Below are positions 10,401 to 20,885 of a DNA stretch of 64,000 nt, piece by piece. How positions within the stretch are numbered: position 1 is the stretch's first letter; each line of letters starts with the position of its first letter. The stretch covers positions 32,226 to 96,225 of the forward strand of contig CAZARM010000001.1 in the NCBI GenBank assembly GCA_964487615.1, read 5' to 3'. The notes under the pieces are model-generated. The model was not told the DNA's origin. It did no database searches and saw nothing but the letters and a program-made list of their open reading frames with translations. This stretch comes from an uncultured Candidatus Saccharibacteria bacterium (lineage in GTDB: Bacteria > Patescibacteriota > Saccharimonadia > Saccharimonadales > CAZARM01). A program made the translations under genes and the position numbers.

Positions 10401-11117
10401 ATGGGCTTCTTGGTCGTCATGACTCAAGTAGTGAGCATCGCAGGTAACGACTACTGGAATGTCTAACTCCTTACCAAGTTTCAACACCTGTTCATTGATA
10501 CTCTGCTGATCAGGACTATGCAGCGGGTTGTCAGGATGCCCGTGATCCTGAACCTCCAGATAGTAGCGATCCCCAAAAATACTTTTGTACCACTGCGCAA
10601 CAGTTTTGGCTTGTTCGTACTGACCTTGCTTCAAGGCATCACCAACCTCACCACTCATACAGGCGCTCATGACAATCAAGCCTTCGTTGTACTTCTCTAG
10701 CAGCTCGTGATCAATCCGTGGGTAGTAATAGAAACCTTCCAGATGGGCGATGCTACTGAGTCGCATTAGATTCTGATAACCGGTGATATTCATGGCTAGC
10801 AAGATCAGATGGAAACGAGCTTTGTCCTTTTGTGGATCTCTGTCGGTGTGACTGCGGGCGGCAACATAGGCTTCCAGCCCAATTATCGGGTTTATGTCGC
10901 GGGCCTTGGCTTCTTTATAAAATTCTACCGCTCCGGATAGGGTGCCATGGTCTGTCATAGCCACCGCAGTCATGTTTTGGGCTTGCACAAAGTCCATTAG
11001 AGGTCCAACTCGTGTCAGCCCATCAAGTAAACTGTACTGAGTATGGTTATGTAAATGCACAAAGTCTGAGCTTTTCAGCTCAGACGATGCGCTATTTTCA
11101 GAGACGTGCATAGCCAA
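7470..11117 (-). CDS. dnaE: DNA polymerase III alpha subunit
   Basis: FVHLHNHTQYSLLDG PHP domain, GPGRGSAAGS, MPDIDID, FNKSHAA, OB fold. Confidence 0.98.
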   Translation of the reverse strand: MAMHVSENSASSELKSSDFVHLHNHTQYSLLDGLTRVGPLMDFVQAQNMTAVAMTDHGTLSGAVEFYKEAKARDINPIIGLEAYVAARSHTDRDPQKDKARFHLILLAMNITGYQNLMRLSSIAHLEGFYYYPRIDHELLEKYNEGLIVMSACMSGEVGDALKQGQYEQAKTVAQWYKSIFGDRYYLEVQDHGHPDNPLHSPDQQSINEQVLKLGKELDIPVVVTCDAHYLSHDDQEAHEILLCVGTGSFLSDEKRMSLKDFPLHVETPQVIIKRWGKDNPDVITNTKLVADRCHVELDLGKILIPKFPVPRGKTEKSYLHDLVYRGLAWRYGGVSELQAADLSREEAQKTLPFEMVARAGFELNVIDNMGFNGYFLIIQDFINWGKNNGIVFGPGRGSAAGSIIAYGLKITELDPIQYDLLFERFLNPDRISMPDIDIDIQDTRRNEVIQYCIDKYGADRVANIATFGRMFARNAVRDVARVLQVPYVDADRLAKMIPAPFQGRHIPLEKSLKDDPDLRAEYESNEISRTVLDQALRLEGTIRSHGVHAAGVVIAPDEIVKFAPMEMAQKGVVATQYSMGPIEDLGLLKMDFLGLSNLTIIKNALRIVRKVYGDDIDVNKIPLDDKATYELFQRGDTTGVFQLESAGMKRYLKDLKPTVFEDIIAMVALYRPGPMQFIDEFIGRKHGLRQISYPHISMENALKNTYGVLVYQEQVMQISKEVCGFSGGEADTLRKAIGKKNAELMAKMKDKMIEGGQKHSEIDKTLMEKFWKQLEDFAAYCFNKSHAACYGLIAYQTAYLKAHYPAAFMAALMTSDYDDTDRLAIEIAECKHIGVEVLPPDVNESFVEFAVVPKTNQIRFGMNAIKNVGTAAVEEILRARQVGPFESLEDFFSKVSPRVVNRKALESLMKAGAFDRFGSRSHLLHNLDVFLAFANRLQKQASSGQTDLFGNLIEDQVRPQLIIEKPGSEIPERELLVWERELLGIYLSQHPLQSFETLLAEQTVPLNQLRAEHDGSSVTVGGAIVDVREITTKNGQKMAFVKVADSFHEIEFILFPSIYQQTTGIWERDRVVIVKGKVNAKDRDGNLIQDVKVMVDDAREVTLDQAAAYQATGKERKALKTRKAKKSASAILPMEPSLQANPRVYIRLTSSEDQQMLLGLKEKIDLHKGNTEVVLVLGPADQKQIIKLPMRLSASDDSIAELASVVGTDNIKVH

Positions 11118-11192
11118 GTTGTTACCCTCTTTGTAGTTATATTTTAGTCTACTTTGGGGTTAAAGGCACGGGTTATAATTACAGCTTTCTTG

Positions 11193-11438
11193 CTATTTGG
11201 ACATTAGCATCTGACGAATGTTCTCGATCACAGTGACGTCGCTAAATAAAGACAGTACCCAAATCAGCAAGGCTACCACCACGGTTGCCCCAATGACACC
11301 GCCAAAACCGCCCAAGATACCCTTTATAAACGTCATCTTATACGATTGGTTACGGTCAATGTAGCCAGTTTCGTAGATATTTGTGAGCATTCGGCCCAAT
11401 TGTTCGAAGTCTGTTTTAGCCTTTTTTGGGTTCGGCAT
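11193..11438 (-). CDS. Small membrane protein, DUF5665-like
   Basis: F.KGI..G.G..IGATVV hydrophobic segment. Confidence 0.65.
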   Translation of the reverse strand: MPNPKKAKTDFEQLGRMLTNIYETGYIDRNQSYKMTFIKGILGGFGGVIGATVVVALLIWVLSLFSDVTVIENIRQMLMSK

Positions 11439-11838
11439 GCTTACCAACGTATTTTTTCAAGTGGTCAATGGCTTTTTTGGCCTCACTCATGGCCTTACGC
11501 AGATCTTTGTCTTCTGGCTCGCCTTCATGAAAGGCACTTAAGATGACTCGGACTTTGTCCCGAGCTTCTTGAGCCCGAATGATAGCCTCGTCCAGTCCCG
11601 ACTTGGCGCGAGTAGTTACATTCTTAGCGGTGGCTTTGGCTTCATCAATCAGGTCGTTCAGCTCACTGTGCATATTCTTCAATCTTTTTTCAGCATCGGC
11701 TTTGGCCTGCAATGCTTTTCTTTGTATGTCTTGCCGTGTTTCTTTGCCACTTTTAGGAGCTGTCAGAATACCAGCTAGGTAGCCTAGTCCTGCTAACAGT
11801 AATCCTCCTAAGGCTAGTCTGCCTGGTCGTTTAGTCAT
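11416..11838 (-). CDS. YtxH domain-containing protein
   Basis: N-terminal TM then G.L.APKSGKETR motif and coiled coil. Confidence 0.88.
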   Translation of the reverse strand: MTKRPGRLALGGLLLAGLGYLAGILTAPKSGKETRQDIQRKALQAKADAEKRLKNMHSELNDLIDEAKATAKNVTTRAKSGLDEAIIRAQEARDKVRVILSAFHEGEPEDKDLRKAMSEAKKAIDHLKKYVGKHAEPKKG

Positions 11839-11839
11839 G

Positions 11840-12106
11840 CTATTTTCCTTTCTTGTTATCGTGCTTATGCAATACCGTGTCGGCTATGTTACTAAGCAGT
11901 CGGCCAACCGAGAAGGTACCGCTGGCCCTAGAAAAGAATTCTCCAATATTTTCAGCCTGATCCATCACATTTTCAGCCTTGTCAGTTATGCGCTGGACGC
12001 TATTGGAAATTTGGATACATTTAGCCAGCAGGACAATACTCAAGACTAAGAAAATCGCCAAAAACGTGGACAACATTATCACCAAGATGGTTTCGGCATT
12101 CTCCAT
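11840..12106 (-). CDS. Hypothetical membrane protein (N-terminal TM)
   Basis: TM helix plus amphipathic tail, co-oriented and tightly packed with the YtxH gene. Confidence 0.7.
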   Translation of the reverse strand: MENAETILVIMLSTFLAIFLVLSIVLLAKCIQISNSVQRITDKAENVMDQAENIGEFFSRASGTFSVGRLLSNIADTVLHKHDNKKGK

Positions 12107-12164
12107 ATACCATCCACTATAGCATATTGCTATAACGCTTCAGTTGCGAGAAGTTGGACTTGTG

Positions 12165-13604
12165 TCACAAACCTAGTTGATTTTTGATTATATCCTGAGC
12201 CAGGCCAGGATTGGCTTTGCCTTTGCTGGATTTCATAACTTGCCCAACTAAAAACCCAATAGCTTTGGCTTCGCCGTTTTTGACATCTTCGCACGCTCTG
12301 GGATTGTCTTTTAGCACTTGAGCAACTACTGAGGCAATTTCGCCCTCATCAGAAACTTGCATTAGATTTTTAGCCTTGGCGATAGCCAAAGGATCACCTC
12401 CGCTATGGCTTAACTCTAGCCAGACTTCTTTGGCTGCCGTCGAACTGAGCTTGTTGTCGGCTACCAACTGAGATAAAGCAATGGCGGCGACAGGTGTTAC
12501 AACTAATTGCGTAGCCTCTGCATCATCAGTCATGGGCGCAGCATTCACGAACCAATTGGCGATTCTTTTGGCATGAGATTTGTCGCTTTGATCCAAGATT
12601 GCTTTAACAAATTGAGTATTCTCCGGTATGGCAACGAGGGTTTCGATTGCAGCTGGCTCTAAGCCAAGGTCCTGAAACAATTTGCGGTACTCACCTGGTA
12701 GCATAGGCATGTTATCTTCTGTGTCATTGATCATCTTTTCTGATATCACCACTGGTGGAAGATCGGGTTCTGGGAAGTAACGGTAGTCGTGGGCTTCCTC
12801 TTTGGAGCGCTGGGAGAAGGTTTTTTGTTTGGCGTCATTCCAGCCCCGGGTTTCTTGAACTATTGGCTCGCCCTTGTCTAACAGTTCTGTCTGTCGAGCT
12901 ATTTCATACTCCACGGCTTTTTCTACGCTGCGGAAAGAGTTTAGGTTCTTGGTTTCTGAGCGCGTGCCTAATACGGCAGGATCTTTACTGACGGAAACAT
13001 TGACGTCAAAGCGCATATTTCCGTGGTACAAGTCCGCTTCGGACACCTGAGCATAGCGCATTAACAGGTACAATTCTTTGGCGTATGCCTTTGCCTCGGC
13101 TGCGGTATGCATGTCGGGCTCAGACACTATTTCTAGTAGTGGGGTGCCGGCACGGTTTAAATCAACTAGACTATAGTCTTTGCCGGGTGGATGTGTGCTT
13201 TTGCCAGCATCTTCTTCCATATGAGCCCGTGTGATTTGAATGCGACGACTATAACCGTCCACAATAATATTTACGCATCCCCCAATAATTATCGGCTGAT
13301 CAAACTGGGTAATCTGATAACCTTTCGGCAGATCGGGGTAGAAGTAGTGTTTGCGGTCGAACTTACTAAACTTTTGTGGCTTGGTACCAAGTGCAAAGGC
13401 AGCTTTCATAGCCAGCTCTACGGCCGCTTGATTAAGCACCGGAAGAGCGCCGGGCATCCCCAGATCAATGTGGCTAATCAAGGTGTTGGGATCGGCTTTT
13501 CGGGCATCATTGTTAACCGCCGAAAACAGCTTGGTCTTGGTCTTGAGCTGCACATGACACTCGATACCAATCGTAGGGATGTATTTGGGCTGAGGTTTAT
13601 TCAT
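12165..13604 (-). CDS. gatB: Asp-tRNA(Asn)/Glu-tRNA(Gln) amidotransferase subunit B
   Basis: IGIECHVQL, PGALPVLN, YFYPDLPKGYQITQ, DLNRAGTPLLEIV, YRYFPEPDL. Confidence 0.98.
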   Translation of the reverse strand: MNKPQPKYIPTIGIECHVQLKTKTKLFSAVNNDARKADPNTLISHIDLGMPGALPVLNQAAVELAMKAAFALGTKPQKFSKFDRKHYFYPDLPKGYQITQFDQPIIIGGCVNIIVDGYSRRIQITRAHMEEDAGKSTHPPGKDYSLVDLNRAGTPLLEIVSEPDMHTAAEAKAYAKELYLLMRYAQVSEADLYHGNMRFDVNVSVSKDPAVLGTRSETKNLNSFRSVEKAVEYEIARQTELLDKGEPIVQETRGWNDAKQKTFSQRSKEEAHDYRYFPEPDLPPVVISEKMINDTEDNMPMLPGEYRKLFQDLGLEPAAIETLVAIPENTQFVKAILDQSDKSHAKRIANWFVNAAPMTDDAEATQLVVTPVAAIALSQLVADNKLSSTAAKEVWLELSHSGGDPLAIAKAKNLMQVSDEGEIASVVAQVLKDNPRACEDVKNGEAKAIGFLVGQVMKSSKGKANPGLAQDIIKNQLGL

Positions 13605-14076
13605 TATTCTTGATCCCTGCTTCCTGATTCTTGGTGTTCAGGGCTCCCAGATCACGCAGACCTTGACGGAAACCAATCAGCGCAGCTTTGACATCTGATT
13701 CTTTGAGTTTGACTTTGGTCTCGTCGGCTTTAAGTTTTTTGCACAAGTTATGCGCAAACCATAGATCGTCATTGTTAGAAAAATAGGCGCCGGCGGAGAC
13801 CATTCGCTCACCCATGCTCTTGCCTTTGAATTTGCGGCGCTTCAACGCTTCGTCTAATAGTTTGTCGGCGCTGAAGATAGCGCTGCTCCAGGTAGCCTTG
13901 TCTTTGCAGTAGGATTGCAGCTCGGTCCATTTGAATGCAAAGCGATCACGCTTCAAGCGTTTTGGCAGCCGGCGATATACAAATAGCAGCACGATAAGCC
14001 CAATCGCTATGCCTGCCAGCAGAAAGACTCGCATTTCCATGCTCAGGCTATTCAGGTTGATCAACTTGGCCATCAT
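13597..14076 (-). CDS. Hypothetical membrane-anchored protein inside the gat operon
   Basis: TM helix then AI..ADKLLD.AL....G..MGER helical domain; overlaps gatA stop and gatB start. Confidence 0.75.
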   Translation of the reverse strand: MMAKLINLNSLSMEMRVFLLAGIAIGLIVLLFVYRRLPKRLKRDRFAFKWTELQSYCKDKATWSSAIFSADKLLDEALKRRKFKGKSMGERMVSAGAYFSNNDDLWFAHNLCKKLKADETKVKLKESDVKAALIGFRQGLRDLGALNTKNQEAGIKNNE

Positions 14077-15503
14077 CCCGCCAACTCCTCGGTTTGCTTT
14101 GCTAACTCCAGTAAGGTGCGGTCAGATTTTTGCGGTGCGATTATCTGCAATCCGACGGGCAGGTTGCCGACATTTCCCACGGGCACACTGATAGCTGGTA
14201 CGCCGACCAGGCTTGGCGCAACCGTCATTATATCTTGGAGGTACATCTGTAATGGTTCATTGCTGTTGCTCCCAATTTCAAAGGCCGTGGTGGGTGCCAC
14301 TGGCCCAACTAGGAAATCCACATGGGCGAACGCAGCTTCAAACTCTTTGATTAGTTTTGTTCTGAGCTGCTGGGCTTTTTTATAATACGCATCGTAGTAG
14401 CCGCTACTGAGTACGTAGGTGCCGATCATGATACGCCGCTTGGCCTCTTGGCCAAAGCCTTGTGATCTGGACATACTGAAGCTTTCTTCCAAAGTCTTGG
14501 CTCCAGCGTGGCTGTAACCATAGCGCTGGCCATCATAACGGCTAAGGTTACTGCTGACCTCAGCTGGCATAATAATGTAATAACAGGCCAAACTTAGTGG
14601 CAAGGAAGGCAGACTGACTTCCGCGACAGTGGCGCCCGCGGCTTTGAGTTTATCAACGGCTTGTTCGATCTGCCGTTTGACGCTTGGGTCGACGCCTTCA
14701 CCCATATACTCCTTGATAACACCGATTCTCAGAGACTTGAGGTCAGAGTTCAGAGTCTTGAGGGTGTAGCCTTGGGGGTCGCGGTCTATGCTGGTCGAGT
14801 CTAGATCGTCTTTGCCGGCCATAACGTCCAGTACCAGTGCGGCATCTTCGACGTTGCGCGTCAGCGGTCCGATGACATCAGTGCTGCTGGCCATGGCTAT
14901 TACCCCACTGCGAGACACCAGACCATAGGTCGGTTTCAGGCCGACTGCCCCACAAAAGCTGGCCGGTTGGCGAATGGAACCGCCGGTGTCTGTACCGACC
15001 GCAAACGGCACCATGTCCAGTATCACAGCCGCTGCCGAACCACCAGATGATCCTCCCGGCACCCGTGAGGCATCATGAGGATTTTTAGTGATCATTAGGT
15101 CGCTATTCTCGGTACTACCACCGTGAGCAAAGGCGTCTAGGTTGGCCTTGGCCACCACAATGGCGCCCTCAGCTTCTAATTTCTCAATAGCTGTTGCTTG
15201 GTAAGGTGCCTCAAAGCCTTTCAAGATATTGCTGGCGGCAGTCGTTTCGGACCCAAAGGTCAGGAAGTTATCTTTGGCAATGAAGGGTACACCGACCAGG
15301 CGACCCACCTTTTGGCCCTTGGACACACGCTCATCAATATCTATGGCCCGCTGCCTGGCTCGTTTGGCGGTGGTGGCTATAACGGCATTAAACTCTGCTT
15401 TATCATCAATGGTCTTCAGGGCTTGCTCGACAAGGTCAACGGCCCTAAGCTCGCCGGCCTGAACCTTTGCAGCAATATCAGCAATAGCGGTCCACTGACT
15501 CAC
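14073..15503 (-). CDS. gatA: Glutamyl-tRNA amidotransferase subunit A
   Basis: PGGSSGGSAAAV, GTDTGGSIRQPA, SSNLSRYDG, RRIMIGTYVLSSGYYDAYY. Confidence 0.98.
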   Translation of the reverse strand: MSQWTAIADIAAKVQAGELRAVDLVEQALKTIDDKAEFNAVIATTAKRARQRAIDIDERVSKGQKVGRLVGVPFIAKDNFLTFGSETTAASNILKGFEAPYQATAIEKLEAEGAIVVAKANLDAFAHGGSTENSDLMITKNPHDASRVPGGSSGGSAAAVILDMVPFAVGTDTGGSIRQPASFCGAVGLKPTYGLVSRSGVIAMASSTDVIGPLTRNVEDAALVLDVMAGKDDLDSTSIDRDPQGYTLKTLNSDLKSLRIGVIKEYMGEGVDPSVKRQIEQAVDKLKAAGATVAEVSLPSLPLSLACYYIIMPAEVSSNLSRYDGQRYGYSHAGAKTLEESFSMSRSQGFGQEAKRRIMIGTYVLSSGYYDAYYKKAQQLRTKLIKEFEAAFAHVDFLVGPVAPTTAFEIGSNSNEPLQMYLQDIMTVAPSLVGVPAISVPVGNVGNLPVGLQIIAPQKSDRTLLELAKQTEELAG

Positions 15504-15793
15504 GTGAGCATTCTCCTGACTTTGATGTGGCTGCCTTCGGTGGCCGGAGCATTCTTTAGCAGTGATCTTTGGTCCGCACCATAGTCTTTCTCCACATCAG
15601 GCCGCATAACGTTTACTAGTCCTGTTACCTGAGAGGTGGGCTCTAAACCTTCCAAATCTACTGCTTGTAGTTGTTGGACGTAAGCTAGGATGGCACTGAT
15701 CTCGTCTGTGAAGTGAGCCACTTCATCGTCAGTGAGGTGCAGTCGGGCCAAAGTGGCCAATTTTAATACATCTGCTTTGCTCAACTTAGTCAT
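15500..15793 (-). CDS. gatC: Amidotransferase subunit C
   Basis: V.KLA.LARL, I..YV..L..VD....EPT, NAP; first gene of gatCAB. Confidence 0.95.
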   Translation of the reverse strand: MTKLSKADVLKLATLARLHLTDDEVAHFTDEISAILAYVQQLQAVDLEGLEPTSQVTGLVNVMRPDVEKDYGADQRSLLKNAPATEGSHIKVRRMLT

Positions 15794-15897
15794 ATGTTAC
15801 CCAAGTATAACAGAGACGAAAATTTTCTGCTTTACAAAGAAATATCCAGGGACTACGCTAATGATAAGTATAAATCTCACTTAGACAAAGGAAAAAG

Positions 15898-17004
15898 ATG
15901 TCTTCAATAGAGAAGGACGACTTCGGTGAACAGGCCGAAGGCCAAACTAATATAATCCAAACACCTCCGGCTGCGTATGGAGGTTTTTTATTAGAAAGAC
16001 CCGTACCACAGTTTGACTTAGAAGTTGTTGAAAGGAAGCTAGTCTGGCAAGCCAAGATACGGGATATTGGCTACTTTACGCGAGAGTTGGTTACTTTTAA
16101 TGATGGAACTCAGTACGAGGATCAACGATCAATGCCTGATAAAACCCGTTTCGATGTTGGCGCTACGATGACTACCCCTTGGTGTACGCGTATACCTGGC
16201 TACCCGACAGAGGTACAGAAGCTCCTGGCAGCACAAGGTATTGCATCGGACTTGGTTGGACCTCCGGAATTTCCTGTGAGTTTATTTTCGCCTCGTAAAA
16301 CTTTAAATATGCTCTCGAATATAAGACACTATGTGAGTAATTCGCATGATGCTGCCGCTCAGCTGACACTGGCACGAGATGCTGCTACTGCTGGGATGTT
16401 CGACGAGGAGACTTTAATGGCCCTGGGTTATTCTCGCGGTTGGATGATTGGCTGGGATCTATTGGCTCAAGATGAGCAGTTTGGATTTGATATCATCTAT
16501 TCGGATGGCACAGACCCATGTCTGGTAGTCAAAGCGAACCAAGATGATTTGAATATTACAGATCGAGATACCTACACCTACCTACCCCGCGAAGTTGCCG
16601 CGGCAATATATGCTATTCAGAACCATAGTTTGGCAGAAATTAAAGATCTGGTAAAAACCCTGCATGGCATGCCCAAATTCCTACAGCACGTTGCCGTAGG
16701 GTTTGCATTGTTCGAGGGACAAGCCGGCTGGCAAATCCCGAATATTCAAAAAGACAAAGTAGGTGTGGTGCGCTTATATGATAAAAGTCTCGGAAACCAG
16801 CGCGAGATATTAAAAACAGTCTTGGCAAGCTTCCCTAACCTTTACCTTATCGACCGTGAAGGGCTTCATGCATCGGGTATGCACCCAAATGTTCGAAAAG
16901 CAGCTGTAGGACGCATTGTTCTAGCACAAAATCTCCACGCTGAGGGTGTACCGCTAGAAAGCGTTGACTTCGGCAGCCTAGCGGCCTTGCCCATAGCAGC
17001 TTAA
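15898..17004 (+). CDS. Hypothetical protein, possible alpha/beta-hydrolase fold
   Basis: 368-aa ORF; GYSRG nucleophile-elbow-like motif, late GLH. Confidence 0.6.
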   Translation: MSSIEKDDFGEQAEGQTNIIQTPPAAYGGFLLERPVPQFDLEVVERKLVWQAKIRDIGYFTRELVTFNDGTQYEDQRSMPDKTRFDVGATMTTPWCTRIPGYPTEVQKLLAAQGIASDLVGPPEFPVSLFSPRKTLNMLSNIRHYVSNSHDAAAQLTLARDAATAGMFDEETLMALGYSRGWMIGWDLLAQDEQFGFDIIYSDGTDPCLVVKANQDDLNITDRDTYTYLPREVAAAIYAIQNHSLAEIKDLVKTLHGMPKFLQHVAVGFALFEGQAGWQIPNIQKDKVGVVRLYDKSLGNQREILKTVLASFPNLYLIDREGLHASGMHPNVRKAAVGRIVLAQNLHAEGVPLESVDFGSLAALPIAA

Positions 17005-18968
17005 AGTTTCTTTTTTATATCGTTGATGATATCGCGGAGTTCGGCGGCTTTTTCGAACTCCAGGTTAGCGGCAGCCAGGTCCATTTGACTAGTTAGGTCT
17101 TTGATCAGGTGGCCGTACTCATCTTTGGGGATTTTGTTTAGATTGAGCTTGGCTCGCTTGGCTTCTTCTGGCAGATCAGGTCGCATGCCCTTTTCTATGG
17201 CTTTGGCAATGCCAGTTGGTGTAATCCCGTGTTCTTTGTTGTAGGCTTCCTGGATTTTACGGCGGCGGGTAGTTTCGTCCAGGGTGCGCTGCATGCTCTT
17301 GGTAACATGGTCTGCATACATGATGACTCGTCCTTCAACGTGGCGAGCAGCACGGCCGACAGTCTGGATTAAAGCCTGTTCGCTACGCAGAAATCCCTCT
17401 TTGTCCGCGTCTAGGATGGCGACCAGCGAGACTTCTGGCAGGTCCAAACCTTCACGCAGCAAGTTGATACCAACTACAACGTCATATACGCCAAGACGCA
17501 AATCGCGCAAGATGTCGGTACGGTCTAGAGTGTCCACATCGCTGTGCAGATAGGTTACTTTAATATTAATTTCTTTGAGGTAGTCTGTTAGGTCCTCTGA
17601 CATGCGCTTGGTTAGCGTAGTGACCAGCACACGCTGGCGTTTATCGATGGTGTCTTTGATTTCGCTGAGCAAGTCGTCTATCTGGCCCTCAATCGGCCGG
17701 ACTTCGATTGGCGGATCAATGAGCCCCGTAGGACGAATGACCTGCTGGGCTGGTGGCTTGAGACTACGCGACAGCTCATACTCGGCTGGTGTGGCGCTGA
17801 CATAGACTACCTTATTAACGTGTTTTTCAAATTCTATGAAGGTTAATGGCCGATTGTCCAGGGCGCTGGGCAGTCTGAAGCCATGCTCGACTAGTACTTC
17901 TTTGCGTGCCCGGTCACCGTTGTACATGCCCCGTACCTGGGGCATGGACATGTGCGACTCATCAACAAAAAGCAGGTAGTCATCTGGAAAATAGTCCAGT
18001 AGCGTCGCTGGCTGTTCGCCAGGTTCGCGATTAGTTAGATATCGGCTGTAGTTTTCTATACCCTTCACAAAACCGGTTTCTTCTAACATCTCTAGATCAA
18101 ACTTAGTTCGTTGCTGCAGTCGCTGGGCTTCCAGTAACAAGCCGTGTTTATTGAAGTATCCAAGCCTCTCGTCAAGCTCGTGTTCAATCTTGCCTAAAGC
18201 TACCTTGAGTTTATCCTGCGGTGTCACGTAGTGGCTGCCGGGAAATATCCTCAACTCATCTATAGTCGCCAGGATTTCACCAGTTAATGGATCTATCCTG
18301 GTAATACGCTCGACTTCGTCGCCAAAAAACTCGATACGATATGCTAGTTCTTCACCGGCTGGGAAAACATCGACTACATCGCCGCGCACGCGGAATGTTC
18401 CCCGATGGAAGTCAATGTCATTGCGAGCGTATTGAATGTCCGTTAAGTGGCGCAGGAACTTATCCCTAATTCGTCGCTCCCCACGTTTAACGGTAATGGC
18501 CATGTCGCCATAGTCTTCTACTGAGCCAATTCCGTAAATACAGCTGACGCTGGCCACGATAATTACATCCCGGCGGGACAGCAAGGCATCTGTAGCCGCG
18601 TGGCGCAAACGGTCGATCTCTTCATTGATCTGGGAATCTTTTTCTATGTACGTATCAGAGCGCGGAATGTAGGCTTCCGGCTGGTAGTAATCAAAATAGC
18701 TAACAAAGTAGTGCACGGCGTTGTCCGGAAAGAAGTTCCGGAACTCATTGTAAAGCTGGGCCGCTAGGGTTTTATTATGTGACAATACTAGGGTCGGCTT
18801 CTGGATGTTCTCAATTACATTAGCCATCGTAAAGGTCTTGCCCGAGCCGGTGACACCTAGCAGCACCTGTTCCTTGACTTCCTTCTGCAAATTCTCAGTC
18901 AGCTGAGCAATGGCTGATGGCTGATCACCCATTGGCTGATAGTCAGATTTTAGACTGAAAGAGGTCAT
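17001..18968 (-). CDS. uvrB: Excinuclease ABC subunit B
   Basis: [36 protein letters not shown]-terminal UVR domain. Confidence 0.98.
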   Translation of the reverse strand: MTSFSLKSDYQPMGDQPSAIAQLTENLQKEVKEQVLLGVTGSGKTFTMANVIENIQKPTLVLSHNKTLAAQLYNEFRNFFPDNAVHYFVSYFDYYQPEAYIPRSDTYIEKDSQINEEIDRLRHAATDALLSRRDVIIVASVSCIYGIGSVEDYGDMAITVKRGERRIRDKFLRHLTDIQYARNDIDFHRGTFRVRGDVVDVFPAGEELAYRIEFFGDEVERITRIDPLTGEILATIDELRIFPGSHYVTPQDKLKVALGKIEHELDERLGYFNKHGLLLEAQRLQQRTKFDLEMLEETGFVKGIENYSRYLTNREPGEQPATLLDYFPDDYLLFVDESHMSMPQVRGMYNGDRARKEVLVEHGFRLPSALDNRPLTFIEFEKHVNKVVYVSATPAEYELSRSLKPPAQQVIRPTGLIDPPIEVRPIEGQIDDLLSEIKDTIDKRQRVLVTTLTKRMSEDLTDYLKEINIKVTYLHSDVDTLDRTDILRDLRLGVYDVVVGINLLREGLDLPEVSLVAILDADKEGFLRSEQALIQTVGRAARHVEGRVIMYADHVTKSMQRTLDETTRRRKIQEAYNKEHGITPTGIAKAIEKGMRPDLPEEAKRAKLNLNKIPKDEYGHLIKDLTSQMDLAAANLEFEKAAELRDIINDIKKKL

Positions 18969-19001
18969 CGCTACATTGTATCAAGACACCGGGTTTATGT
19001 C

Positions 19002-19574
19002 TTAGGCGTATAGCCTACGGTACTTTTTGTGATCTTCATCAAGAATATCTACTAATTGGGCTATCAAATTTTCAGCATTGTCATCAAATATCACTCCTCC
19101 GCCTCGGCCCTCGCCAGCGGCGTGCAGGATGTCCATGATTTCTGTACTTATACCTCCACCACCGGCTAGGAAGCCAATCGGCGTATCAGTCTCAATAGCA
19201 ATCGTAAATTCATGCAATGTGCCTATACGACCACCAATACTAACCACGGCGTCAGCCGAATTTATCAGTACTGTGTCCCGTCCAACATAGTGCAAGCCGG
19301 TATACAAAATGGTGTCATAAGCATCAGTGGGCAAACGGTATTTCAAAACATGCTCAATCTTGCTAGATGCTGGGCTGATGCCGACGCTCATCAGACCCCC
19401 AGCTTTTTTATAAGCCTCAGCCGCATAATTAGGTAGTCCAATCGTGGCCCCAGTCATTAGACTATGACCAGACTTGGCTAAAGCGACACCTACCGACTCG
19501 GCTAACATCATACCTTCGGCTACGCTCTCACCTTTTGAGGCACCGCTAACACAAATTTGATATTTAGAGCTCAT
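19002..19574 (-). CDS. LOG/SLOG family nucleotide-binding protein (TIGR00725-like)
   Basis: TGA..G.P..AA.......G..VGISP, GR......SADA....GG..GTL.E. Confidence 0.8.
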   Translation of the reverse strand: MSSKYQICVSGASKGESVAEGMMLAESVGVALAKSGHSLMTGATIGLPNYAAEAYKKAGGLMSVGISPASSKIEHVLKYRLPTDAYDTILYTGLHYVGRDTVLINSADAVVSIGGRIGTLHEFTIAIETDTPIGFLAGGGGISTEIMDILHAAGEGRGGGVIFDDNAENLIAQLVDILDEDHKKYRRLYA

Positions 19575-20825
19575 TTAGAAAGTCTCTCCGGCAAACTCCA
19601 GAATCTCGGGGTCTACCGTCTCATAATCTAAACTTTTCAAGACCTGGTTCTCTAGTGCAGGCTGGCCCATGTAACGGACAAACAACTCATTCCATAGCCC
19701 ATCCTGGGCATGCTGATAAACGCGATGTCCATAATCCAGTCCGTTTAGGTAGTTCAGTGCCATGTCCAGCAAATTAAAGCTGACTGGTTTATGGTCTCCT
19801 TTGGTGGCTACATAATCCATGCCGTGCCAAAAATGCAGTGCCGGCTCCAGATGATACAAGACTTCCTCAACGTTGCGCCAAGCTAGATCCTGATGCGTTA
19901 CATGAGGCTCCAATACTGACGGGTGCTGCTGACCTTTTCGGCCAAAATGTCGTTGTACTACGCGCCAATGAATTTCTTGACCAGCTATTTGAACATGAGT
20001 GCCCCGGTCGTATTGCAGAGAAGCGGCAATGCGCTCACCAAAGTCAGGTTGCATTTGGTGGAGCTTATAAAAAGAGCTGAACAAGCGAATCTCATTAACT
20101 TCGTAAAGCAGTAGAGGCAGCAATGTAATTGCCACCCCTGGACGTTTGTCTAGTGGCAACGGCAACATCAGGACTACACCAAGCTCTCGAATGTCCAATA
20201 AGTTATGGTGACGGCTTGAGGTGTAGGTGTTGGCGGCTTTCTGCCATTTGGTTTTATCTAGCAGCCTAATTTCTATGGGTCGGGTTTCGAAATCCATGGG
20301 CATTAGCTGGTGATACTGAGCTATGAACTTGCGATACCATTGATCCTTCTCGATAAGTTTTAGCCCACCAAATATTTCGCCGATTGGTTCACGCTTCAGC
20401 ATTGACTCCAGTGACTTGTAGCCCAAATAACGCATTAGGGCTTTGGGTGGTTGGAGCTTGAGCAAGCGCTTGGCGCTGCTAGCTTTTAGGACCCACGCCG
20501 TATGTGGTATCTTGGCCTGCAACACAGCATCCCGAATACGTGGAAGTAAAGCGTGCACGTCACTGGCATCAGCCACACCTAATTTTTTAGCCACAAAGCT
20601 GTCGTGCAAACGAACCAGATTGAGCAGCGCATAGTAGAGCTCTCGGCCGGTTGTGTCCCGCGGGTCAAGTCCTAGCTCACGTGTTTTTTGACGCGTTAGC
20701 GTCAATAAATCCGCGGTCAAGCGAACGTCAACGCTGTGATGCCCACTGGCGTGCTCCAAACGTCGAATATCATCAGCAAACAGCGCCTGATTGACCCCCA
20801 ACAATTCCGAAATGAGTCTAGACAT
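19575..20825 (-). CDS. Conserved hypothetical protein
   Basis: 416-aa ORF abutting the LOG gene; no recognised motif. Confidence 0.75.
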   Translation of the reverse strand: MSRLISELLGVNQALFADDIRRLEHASGHHSVDVRLTADLLTLTRQKTRELGLDPRDTTGRELYYALLNLVRLHDSFVAKKLGVADASDVHALLPRIRDAVLQAKIPHTAWVLKASSAKRLLKLQPPKALMRYLGYKSLESMLKREPIGEIFGGLKLIEKDQWYRKFIAQYHQLMPMDFETRPIEIRLLDKTKWQKAANTYTSSRHHNLLDIRELGVVLMLPLPLDKRPGVAITLLPLLLYEVNEIRLFSSFYKLHQMQPDFGERIAASLQYDRGTHVQIAGQEIHWRVVQRHFGRKGQQHPSVLEPHVTHQDLAWRNVEEVLYHLEPALHFWHGMDYVATKGDHKPVSFNLLDMALNYLNGLDYGHRVYQHAQDGLWNELFVRYMGQPALENQVLKSLDYETVDPEILEFAGETF

Positions 20826-20885
20826 AATTACTACTTAGAATAGCGTAAAGCTTATGCTTTTACCACTGGTAATGACTGTGATTGT

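Noticed and set aside
7470-11117. Intein in dnaE
   Set aside because: Length is normal and no splicing motifs are evident.
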